A stretch of DNA of 64,000 nt from Octopus bimaculoides (taxonomy: Eukaryota), in NCBI RefSeq assembly GCF_001194135.2, contig NC_069003.1:28985014-29049013 (forward strand). The letters are read 5' to 3'. Of this stretch, positions 53,053-64,000 are shown in pieces; positions within the stretch are counted from its first letter, which is position 1; each line of letters starts with the position of its first letter. A program made the translations under genes and the position numbers. Below the pieces are notes generated by a model. That model searched no databases. It worked only from the letters and a program-made list of their open reading frames with translations, and was not told the origin of the DNA.

Positions 53053-56035
53053 GAGAGAGAGAGAGAGAGAGAGTAAATACATATATATATGCATATAAAA
53101 TACAAATATATAGAACGGCCAATCGAAGAAAAGACATATACAATCGACTAAAAATAATTAATCAAAATGGATTTCTAAACGGGTAGGTGACTAAAAAACG
53201 TTTTCAAAAATATATTAAAAACTATATCCATCGACTAAAAAAGAGTTTTTACTCCCCTCAAATAAATATATGTCAAAATAGTTCGTTTTATAAAAAGACA
53301 TGTTAGGTTGAAGTCCAAGGATCATAAGAGAATTCCACGAAATCAAGTCAGAACACATCTATGCCCATCTCGGGAGTAGTTCACCGCTGCGGTCCGATTA
53401 CGAGTTAAAATGCATCTCGGCAATGACCCTCATCCGGACGAACAGGAACCTCAACAATTAGTCTAATTTTTTATTACCCATAAAGAGGCTATAGATGAAG
53501 CTTGAAGATACTAAAAGACACCACAACATAAAGACAGTACAAAAGGACTCGGGGAACTAAAATAATAAAATGGGAGATGGAGTAAGGAGAAGAATAAAAG
53601 AAAACGAATGATATTATGGAAGAACGACAAAATGAGGCGCAATGACCACCCGACCCCCGTAGTCGAGTGGTTATATTAATGCATGATTTTTACAGTCTTT
53701 TCTCTTTTACTAAAATTAAAGATCACATTAATACATGATTGTACAGGAAATTTATTTAATGTTTTAGGCACAAAGGACCTAAGTATGGCAAGAGACTCAC
53801 TTATACATAACTTACACTTGTTAACATTAACCCTGCAATAAGGGGCCCTCGAGATAACAGACCATTCAAGAGAATAAGTTTTCTTATTCCTCTTTAATCT
53901 ATGTATATAAGAGGTAAGTGTAATGGAGTTACAATATTTTTCGTTCGAAAACCCATTTTATGTGGGCCCTATACCTTGCCTTAAAATTGACAAAGCTATC
54001 CAATTACGCTCCTCTAACAATGCATTTATAAATAACATTTGTAGTCAGAAAGTATCCGTAATGGAATATAACCGAGGGTTTCTACTATTACGGGATTCAT
54101 CAGAACTAGCCAAATCCCTATTACTAATAATAACATTACTTATCTGGCTTCCTGCATTCTTTCCCTCAGATATCTCATTAAAGGCTTATCAAAGCTTAGC
54201 GGCTCATTACCAGAGTTTCTAACAGAGAAATACTTCCAGTGCATTTTCCCATTTAATTTGCTTCTATTAATAGATCCAATAATGGAGGCCAAATTCGGCA
54301 TTACTGAGAAAGAAAATTTAATGGAGGATTTATTGCAGATGTGTAGTATTTATGATTCTTTGCGAAATTCTCCTTCAAAATATTAATAAACAACTTGTGC
54401 AAATTTCTTACTCTAAGAGAAAAGTGGCGGTGAGTGGGGATAAAATGAGATGTGTATGTCCAGATTGAAAGAGATGCTGGGTTTTTTTTCTAATACCAAT
54501 AACTGGTAACTGTGTACAATGTGGCCTGCGTACGTTGTTGGTACATAAGTATGGGATGTTCATTATGTAAGAATGCGTAAAGTGAGTTGTGCACGTTACG
54601 TTTATTGTCGGCTCTAATTTTCTATTGTATAACGTTTGTTCCGTACATTTCTGATACATTTAGTATGATTTTTACAGAGATTTTTCGGACTGTGTCATGA
54701 GGTGTGAGCACAGCTAGACATTTCGTACTTACGTCTGTCTTTTCTATGTGATCCAATTATTATTTCTACCATAACTAGCGTTCCATTTATTAGTAGTACT
54801 GTTTCATAACCCTCATAACATTTCATGTTACATGTACGTTAATAGTTTCTTGATCATCCCCCGAGCGATAATAGGATCCACGTGTGGATACTCCTGTTTC
54901 AGTGTATATGGGTAGTCATGCTCCGGTTCATTGTATCTTGATGGTAGATTTAGAATTTATTTCAAACGTACCTACAACACTTCATTTCAATGTTAAAGTG
55001 GACGTGAATGTTGTACCCTGAAAGATGCAATAGCTAAAGTGGCAGAGCACATCCTTAAGCGTAACATATCTGCAACTGCAGCAAACATGCATATGCATAA
55101 CAGCTGCACTCGTCTGGGTGCTCATGTCACACACCCAAAGCTACATTACAGATCAAAATGTCTGTTGATTCATAACTCACTGAACATAGCTGCTGAATTA
55201 ATATATGTATTCTCACACAATTTTCAAGATTTGGGTAAAGAGAAAATGTGAATGCATACTTTAAATTTGATATAATATCAAAACTATAATCTTTTTACAT
55301 TTTCACTTATATTTTATTTCCTTATGCTAGCGTCGAACTGATCTTGTGTAGCTAAAATCACACCTGTTTCTAATATTGAATAATTGTTAGTTTTCATTGT
55401 GGCTTAATTATTTTTTTCGATCCAGACTTACATGGCAACAGAAATGACATGATTCTGCTCTGTTTTTTTTCTACTTTAATACATTTGGAACTTTCTAATT
55501 TCATTTTGTGTTTCGCGATTTTTAATGCTTTTTATCTCCTGCATCTTAGGTTATTTTTCAATATAGTTAGCTTTTAGTTTGTACTATATCGTTCAAGTAC
55601 AGGTACTTTCTTGCTTTTTCTCTTAGAAACTCTCTTTGCTTGGTTGTAGCAATTTTCATTAATGTATACTTTGTTTATGCCACCTATATCAGCTTTGGGA
55701 ATTCATCATTGAAACGCTATTGGTAGTTTTCTAGCTTTCCTGTCCAACTAATTCAATTTATTTAAAATCCAATTTATTATTTTGAAACTGGGGTTTATTT
55801 CTACGATGGTTAATATTTTACACATTTCATCTTATTCCAAAAATTGAGTTCGAAATATAATAGTACTTTCCCATCTCATTTGTTCTTTTCTTTTCTAATT
55901 TTTTTACTTTGTTCTCTATTCTATTCTGTTAGTTCCATCTGGACCTAAGTAATAATATACACACACACACACACACGCACGCACACACACACACACACAC
56001 ACAGACACACACACACACACACAGACACACACACA

Positions 56036-56075
<40 letters not shown>

Positions 56076-56825
56076 NNNNNNNNNNNNNNNNNNNNNNNNN
56101 NNNNNNNNNNNNNNNNNNNNNNNNNNNNNNNNNNNNNNNNNNNNNNNNNNNNNNNNNNNNNNNNNNNNNNNNNNNNNNNNNNNNNNNNNNNNNNNNNNNN
56201 NNNNNNNNNNNNNNNNNNNNNNNNNNNNNNNNNNNNNNNNNNNNNNNNNNNNNNNNNNNNNNNNNNNNNNNNNNNNNNNNNNNNNNNNNNNNNNNNNNNN
56301 NNNNNNNNNNNNNNNNNNNNNNNNNNNNNNNNNNNNNNNNNNNNNNNNNNNNNNNNNNNNNNNNNNNNNNNNNNNNNNNNNNNNNNNNNNNNNNNNNNNN
56401 NNNNNNNNNNNNNNNNNCAGTACGCTACTAGGTATAAACCTTTCATTTTATTATAGAATCTATATATGTTACTTCTTTTTTTTTTTTTTCCTTTCCTTAC
56501 ATCTTTCTATTTCCTTCTATTTATCTTTGCCATATAATCGTTCTGATGATGTCTATCAATTGTAACGAGTTAAATGTAAATTTACCCCAGCTTGATATAC
56601 TGAAAAAGCTGTGAACTCTCTTTTTATTAAATGACTTTAAAACAACAATGATCCACTTCTAACTGTTATTATTGCTCCATTTCCGATCATTTTTTTATAT
56701 ATATTAAACCACGGGTTTACCTTTTAGATTACCTACTATCGTAAACCTTATAACAAGGACCATACATACTGAGGTAATACCAGGAGTGCATTTGGATACA
56801 TCTATCCCTTAGATGGTTACATTAC

Positions 56826-56925
56826 CTATAAATAAGTACCAGTCGAGCACCGGGGTTCAATGTAATTGATTTACCTCCTTCGCCGAAATCGAAGGCCGTG
56901 TTCCAAAATTTGAAATCATTATATT
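56826..56925 (+). mobile_element. SINE family D 3' part
   Basis: ataaataagtaccagtcgagcaccggggttcaatgtaattgatttacc..ccaaaatttgaaatcatta; homologous to RC of 63705-63810. Confidence 0.7.
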
Positions 56926-57324
56926 AAGTAGGATTCCCAGGAATTGTTAGCGCGCTTTATAGCTATATTTTGAATGAATGTTTTCAAATTAATTAAAGAA
57001 AGATGTCAGTTCTTAATTTATCTTGGTAACACATTCTTAACTTGCTAACTACATTTTCATTGCTAACAATAACACTTCAATAATTAGTGTTTACAATTCT
57101 TTCTACATTAAGAAGATTCCAATTAAATCTCAATATTTAGTTCCGAAAATACCTAATGTTATATCTATTTCACCCGTGATATTCTTTTCAGTCACAGATC
57201 TCACATGCACTACTGGTCTACCTTAATGCATTTTGAATATCGAGTTGAATTTATCTGCTAGTGTATGAAGCCATGAAGTCGTGTAAATTTCGTGCTTACA
57301 ATGTATTACAGGCTAATCTTCTCC

Positions 57325-57440
57325 TTTTCTCCTTTTTCTCCTCCTCTTCCATCTCCTTCTCCTCCTCTTCCATCTCCTTCTCCTCCTCCACCTCCTCCTA
57401 CTCGTCCACTTTATGTTCGTTGTGGCCGGTGCTGTCGTTG

Positions 57441-57476
<36 letters not shown>

Positions 57477-57499
57477 TTCTTCTTCTTCTTCTTCTTCTG
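57325..57499. repeat. Compound (TCC)n..(CAT)n(CTT)n tract
   Basis: Direct reading. Confidence 0.9.
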
Positions 57500-57950
57500 C
57501 CATTGAAGCAAACAGCTAAAATTCAAATTAAATACCTTTTCAACCGAACAGTTATGGTGAGGAAGAAAATGCAGGCGTTTGTTTGAAGAATCTTTAATAT
57601 ATCTTCTCTTTGATGCGTTCGTTTTACCTTAATTTTACTGGTTCAACTCTTATCCTAGCGACGATTCCCACTTCTCTTTAATAAGCATTAAACTCTGAAA
57701 CTTCTATTTGCTATTAAAGCCATTCGAAGCTGATTATATAGCCCAATTTCCTTTCATATAATATTCTACCCTTATATGAACCTGTAAATTAGAAGTATTT
57801 GTTGATTCCTGTATACGTCTTCCAGTAAGATGCATGAATTTCTAATCACAAAGATAACCGTGTATCATCGAGTCTTAGTTTACTTTTCTTCTTCCAATCG
57901 CCAACGTCTGTGGATTACAGCAGTTATTATATATACAGTGTCAGTGAAAG

Positions 57951-58090
57951 TGCGTTGATTAAATGTTAGAGGGTTGGACTCGTGATCGTAAGAGAGTGGT
58001 TTTGATTCCTGGATCTGACAATGCGTTGTGCTGTTGTGCAAAAAGACAACATTTCACGTTACTCAAACTCACAGAGCTAGCAAAAATTAA
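57951..58090 (+). mobile_element. Decayed family C SINE head/CORE-like region
   Basis: gttagagggttggactcgtgatcg..ggttttgattcctgga..gcgttgtg..atttcacgttactc..gagctagcaaaaa. Confidence 0.55.
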
Positions 58091-60599
58091 TAAAATGGTG
58101 AAGGCACGACAAGTATGACCAGCTGGCGATAGAATGTGATCACAAATACTAGGGAAGTAGTGAATTGATGGGCCATAGGGCTTACCTAGTGTTGGATATT
58201 ATCTATTACACTATATCATATTTCTTTCATCTTGACTTCGTTATTTACTTCAAACGCAGTAAAATATTACCGGTGCATCCTTTATTGAAAGTAGAATAAA
58301 TGTCACTGGCGCATTTCGCATAGAAGGTTTTAATTACACATTGAAAAATATATATATACAGAAAGATTTACACTGTTTTATTAATCATATTCATGTTGTT
58401 ACTATGATATGAATTACATGCATCTTTCAAGAAACCCAAGCATTAAAATGAAGTTTGTGAAGCAGCATAATACATTTTAAACCAGCAAGGCAATTAAATG
58501 GCGTTTCGTATAAAGAGCTGCATTGCTATATATGAAAGATTAATGCATAAGCTGCGAAAATTTGGAAGAGAAATATTTGAAAATGAATATACCCGATATA
58601 TATAAAATTTCGTGCGTTATTTCTAAAATTTCCCTTATTAATGTGTTAATAACAACAACAACAACTTAAAATCGCAATTACATAAGTCCTCTATCTTGTA
58701 AAATATTGAATAAATATCATCCTTAATAGCTTTTCCCAGCTGTTAGACTGGTTGATAGATTGATAAGCTGCTTTCTCCTCTTTTGTAAAAGTGTGATTCA
58801 ATAACATTATCCTGCATTATTATAGGAATATCTCCGGTCTAAAGTATAGCATCTTTTAGATATTAAATTCATCATTTCCGTCTTCAAGTACCTGTGGTAC
58901 TCAGGCCTAGAATATTCACTCATTTACTAAGATAAACTCATATTCACTGGCAAATGTTGTATAACGGCGAATATACTAGCTCACTGTGTTCTGAACTCAG
59001 AACACAGTTCAATTTTGTCTTTGTGATTTCTAGAATGATAGACCATGAAGTACAGGTCAAGACTGTTAAAATAATATACCAACTAACCCTGCTGTATTTG
59101 ATTTAACCCATCGTCGAGTAAAATGTCACATGCTGCTTTTCGGTCCATTAATGTATTTAACTCGGCCGCAAGCATTTAGATCAAGGTCTCTTATTTGAGC
59201 AAACTTCTACATTTTATCCCACATGCCTTGAAGGGCTCGAAAATATAAAGGGTCTCATAGGCAATAATTTTCCTTCCTATATTAAGCAGTACCGAAATTG
59301 ATGTATAAGATACATTTTATTTTTGATACTTGCAATAACAAAATTATTGAAAAAAAACAATATCTTGAACCACGAGGAATAGAGCTATTGCACGCTAGAT
59401 TTATGTTGAGTATTATTACCTATTTATAAATTCTTTTAGAATTTGAACAGAACTTTTTCTTTTATTTCCCAGAGTTCTAGAAGAAACTTCATTGTTATGT
59501 AATATTATATTCTAACACCGAATTGCTTTATATCTTTATATTGGATTAAAAACTCTTAACTGTAATATTGGTTTTATTGTTTTTGTTTTACTGGGTCTTT
59601 TTAATAAGTTGTCAATGTGTGTATATCGCTTCTAACCTGAAAATCCTTTGTCAAGCGTTGATCAAAAAGCGTCCTTGAAATTTCAATAATTCTACTCCGT
59701 TAATAAAACTTTTATTCTTTAAGACATTTTTCCTTAAAATTGTGATTCTTGCCTTGTATTTATATTACACAACGTTTCCTTGATAGGTATTTTTGTATTT
59801 AACTTACTTTTACTCTAGAGATTCCATTTTTTACATTTCCTTGTGTATATAACAGTTCGATAACTTCTAATATACAATAGCTGTAAAAGGTATATTAATC
59901 ACGCGTGAATTTTTTGTGAATCATACTACTTTTGTCAGTCATTTTCGAGTGCAAAAGCCATTATTGGAAAAAAATGCACTCGGTAAATCAAATGCATTAA
60001 TCTTTAAGGCTTATGTGCAAAACAACAACGTTTGTTATTATTGTTGCTCATCTTATTTGTGAAGCTATAACTCTAGAAATAGTTAATTATACTTATTGAT
60101 TTTTTTAGTAAAAATTCTAATTTATCTCGCCTATTCGTGTACGAAATGTGCATTTACTAAGTAATTCTGTCATCAGCACTGCAGTGTATACATTCGTGTT
60201 TCTGCTTCGCTAAGGAGATTTGCTCAATCGAATTATTACAAAAATCTTCTCAAGTACAATCTATGGGTTTTATATTTTTATTATATTTGACACAAGTTGT
60301 TGTTGTTTGTTTAACCACAGGTTAACCGTTACGCAACTGACTTACTGATCGAGGAAACAAGTTAGTCATTAACCGAATGTTGTCTTTTCCTTGTCATTTA
60401 AAATGTTTTAAAAAAAGCTGCATTAAATATGTTAGCGCTACCATAATATTTTTATATAATTTTTTGTCAAAAGACGGAGGTGAAGTGCGAACATAAACAC
60501 TGCATTGCATTTCGATCGTCCGTCTAAGGATTCTGTCAGTATTCGTTCCGGCACGTGATATCTAGAAGTAATTGACTTCACATATTGCTTATTCCTTTA

Positions 60600-60910
60600 T
60601 TTATTGTCTTTCACTTGTCTCAGTCACTGGACCGCTGCCAAGCTGGGGCAAATCTTTGAAGAATTTTCGTCGAAAACAGTGACTCTTGTACTAAATGTTA
60701 CAGACTGGAAATGGTTCTGTCGATCACATAATATAGTCGTCAAGTGTGAGAGCCAAACAAGGATAAAGACACAGAAATACACACAAACACGTATGTAAGG
60801 TATTTAAGTTGGGTTTCGAGACAGTTTTCTGTACCGAATTCGTTCACAAGGTACTGGATAACCCCGGATTATAGACGAAGAGCCTTGCCCACTGGCAGAC
60901 TCGCCACAGT
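60600..60910 (-). mobile_element. Decayed SINE family B
   Basis: tttcacttgtctcagtcactggaccgctgccaagctggggca..ttcgttcacaagg..tatagacgaagagccttgccc. Confidence 0.55.
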
Positions 60911-61211
60911 GTTTGATAGAGGGCCTTTAAGAATCTTTCCCAAAGCTGCACTTTGTGCTAAAATCCCGCCAAATCAAATTTTATCCCCTCAAAATCTGTA
61001 TACTTGTAACAAAGGAGTGGATTAACAGATAAGATACCACGTGTTATCTGTCAACGCTTCAGGCGTTCAACCATTAACACCTACTATGGCATCGATGCCA
61101 AGATCTATAGGACTCAAGGATGTGACTTTGTTTTGAACAATATTACAAGTGAAGACAGAGAAGATATGCACAAGCAGTCAACACTAAGCAATCCCCACAC
61201 AGAACCATAAC

Positions 61212-61245
<34 letters not shown>

Positions 61246-61502
61246 TCAGATGCAGATACTTGGTCTACAATGAGCAAAGAAGCACCCTAGATGCCATCAT
61301 TAATAGGACTTTATAAGATAATATGATATCGTGAATTCTATTGCATAACTTACGTTCACTGATATATATTTGAAGGTTTGAAGGAAGCCTGACAAAATAA
61401 GCAGAAGTCAAAATGCGTTGACCCACACAAATATAATTATCCATACACTATTAGACGCACACAGAGTCAAAGAGACACACATACGTGCATATATATATAT
61501 AT

Positions 61503-61801
61503 GGTTGGCACTCCGTCGGTTACGACGACAAGGGTTCCAGTTGATCCGATCAACGGAACAGCCTGCTCGTGAAATTAACGTGCAAGTGGCTGAGCACTCC
61601 ACAGACACGTGTACCCTTAACGTAGTTCTCGGGGGAGATTCAGCGTGATACAGAGTGTGACAAGGCTGGCCCTTTGAATTACAGGCACAACAGAAACAGG
61701 AAGAAAGAGTGAGAGAAAGTTGTGGTGAAAGAGTACAGCAGGGTTTGCCACCATCCCCTACCGGAGCCTCGTGGAACTTTAGGTGTTTTCACTCAATAAA
61801 C
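61503..61801 (-). mobile_element. SINE family A (5' end lost in gap)
   Basis: High similarity to RC of 1835-2132. Confidence 0.92.
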
Positions 61802-61982
61802 NNNNNNNNNNNNNNNNNNNNNNNNNNNNNNNNNNNNNNNNNNNNNNNNNNNNNNNNNNNNNNNNNNNNNNNNNNNNNNNNNNNNNNNNNNNNNNNNNNN
61901 NNNNNNNNNNNNNNNNNNNNNNNNNNNNNNNNNNNNNNNNNNNNNNNNNNNNNNNNNNNNNNNNNNNNNNNNNNNNNNNNNN

Positions 61983-62031
<49 letters not shown>

Positions 62032-62379
62032 AATATATCAAAGTTTGCACTATGGTGGTTAGTACGCATGTCGCCCACGCGTTCGATTATAAATAATGTA
62101 TTTATGGCCTAGTATATGTAAGCCTGCGTAGATTACCTCCAAATATCACGTTAGATATGAGTAACAAATATTACCTAATAGTATATTATAGTTATGTTCA
62201 GCAATAAATTGGAAAATAATATTGAAAGATATTTAGCATCAACACAAAATTTTATAGACTAGTTAAATATAAAATATATTCGTTTCACATGTACAGAGAA
62301 ATTTATCCATGTTTGGTAAATATAGTATAGATGCTGACATTCCCGGAAAAAATATTTTATCTATGATTTTTTTAAATAT

Positions 62380-62580
62380 CTTTTACGTGTTTCAGTCATT
62401 AGACTGCTTTGAAGGGTTCAATCATTAGTCGAACAAATTGATGCCACTTTCAATTTTTTCACAAAATTCTTCCACTTATTTTTCGGTCTCTTTCTCCAAA
62501 ACTGCTAAATTACTGGGAGATGAACAAACCAGCATCATTTCTGAAGCAGTGGTGGTACACAAACACAATCGCAAAGACAA
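62380..62580 (-). mobile_element. SINE family B tail, decayed
   Basis: gtttcagtcattagactgc..ttagtcgaacaaattga..tcggtctctttc..aactgctaaattactggga. Confidence 0.6.
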
Positions 62581-63704
62581 TTTCTTTCAGTGCTGCAGAG
62601 ATATGCCAGATTAGTTTGACAGATTTTGGATAGTGACAAACATCGAGATTTTAAGAAATGTGAATTCATTCTGAAAATTCTAGATGAAATATAAGATCAT
62701 CTGTACTTTGATCAATCGGAGATAAGCAGATAACACGAGGAAAAGCGGGAGTAGTAAGACAGAGAGAAAGAGAGAGTGTGAAAGCATGAGAGAAGGGAAG
62801 AGAGAAAGAGAGAAATGCAGAGTAACAGAGAGACAGAAAGAAAGAGAAAAGAAACGTTCGAAGAGCTTAACATATGGCTTCAGTAATGCCAGCCTAAGAG
62901 TTGTGTTGACAATGTGTGGTTGTATATTATACATTCCTGATGGCCGACGCCTTTTGGCCTGACGCATGGAAACGAGAGATTTTTAGTTACCTCCTCTGTC
63001 AATTCATGTGTACCTTGTGATATGGTACTAACTCGTTGGTGCTACTTTGGCGTGTGATCTACAACTTCGAGGGTATTTACGTTAGGTTAATTTTTAGTTT
63101 CTTTACGTTGCAACACGCGCGGCTGCCAAACCCATGTGATCTATGCATTTATTCTAACTATTATATTGTTTAATCTTGGTTTCTTTTTATTATTTACTAA
63201 CACATAAATGAAATATTGTTTAATAATTATTAAAATAGCAAGAAGTTTGAAAAATTACATTTCCAATGCTAAGTATGTACAAAAGAATTTATTGTTAAAA
63301 ATCTTGAGCCAACATATTATGGGACTTTGGAAATGGAAAAACGAACTGAAAAGTAACCTAAAGTAATAGCTCGTTAAGTTGTAGCTCAGACGCCAAAGTA
63401 GCACTAAATATGTTTTGAATACTATACGCGATATTTCCACACGAGTTTACGCAATTTCAGTTCCTTTCTTTACTCTTGTACATTATAGACACTTGCTTTG
63501 GCTAACAAAATTTGAATAATCGACTTTTAGTATGTCAATCACTTTATAACCTTCATTTTTTGTTGCCGTTGTAATTTCTTGAGTTCCCATTATTGCAAAG
63601 ATTGGGAGGGGATCAGGTGAAAGTTTAATTTAATCTTTTTCGTTTTCGTTTACTAGTCTTAAAGCGCCTAAAATGGTCATGGAGTTTTGCCCTTCTACGT
63701 CTGA

Positions 63705-63940
63705 ATAAGCCATTAAATATTGGTTTCGAATTTTGGTGGAAAGCTAGCATTTTGGTGGGTAGGGTGGCAAGTCGATTAAATCGACGCCAATGCTCCACTG
63801 GTATTTCTTCAACCGAGTCCGAAAAGACTAAAATGTATATTCGGCCTCGACGGAATTTGAAATCAAAATTTAAAGACGGACGAAATACTGCTAAGCATTT
63901 TGGTCAGCGTGATAACAATTCTTCCAGCTCGGTGCCTTCA
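63705..63940 (-). mobile_element. SINE family D
   Basis: RC gaaggcaccgagctggaagaattgttatcacgctgaccaaaatgcttagcagtatttcgtccgtc..tttcaaattccgtcgaggccgaat..ggcgtcgatttaatcgact. Confidence 0.8.
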
Positions 63941-64000
63941 ATGCATTAGATATTAGGAGTTCTTTTTAATCTAGTTTCAAAGTAGATTACTCCTCTCACT

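Noticed and set aside
53340-53480. Possible third GIY-YIG relic (IYA..RCGP..)
   Set aside because: Needs several assumed indels; key YIG motif absent.

Overview
AT-rich, repeat-dense eukaryotic draft-assembly DNA with about 19 N-gaps, nearly all flanked by (TA)n/(CA)n tracts. The composition and SINE types suggest an octopus/cephalopod genome (inference). I can support no host protein-coding gene: the long ORFs in the track come from microsatellites, gaps or SINEs. Recognisable content: (1) many tRNA-derived SINEs that mix a few heads, a CORE-like middle and different tails; (2) decayed transposon coding relics (Penelope-like RT and GIY-YIG endonuclease, a hATm-type DDE transposase, a LINE RT piece) and a TA-flanked MITE; (3) three foldback inverted repeats, including a perfect 165-bp palindrome; (4) at least four, and up to six, type I hammerhead ribozyme (HHR) motifs with the architecture of Penelope-element termini. 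Two HHR arrangements stand out. One lies downstream of a tRNA-like Pol III head in a ~305-nt SINE-like unit ending at a T4 terminator (25766-26072, minus). The other is a canonical GUC-cleaving HHR enclosed by an inverted repeat whose 5' arm is antisense to the ribozyme's own 3' half (32995-33110). All folds were derived by eye; none is computed or tested.
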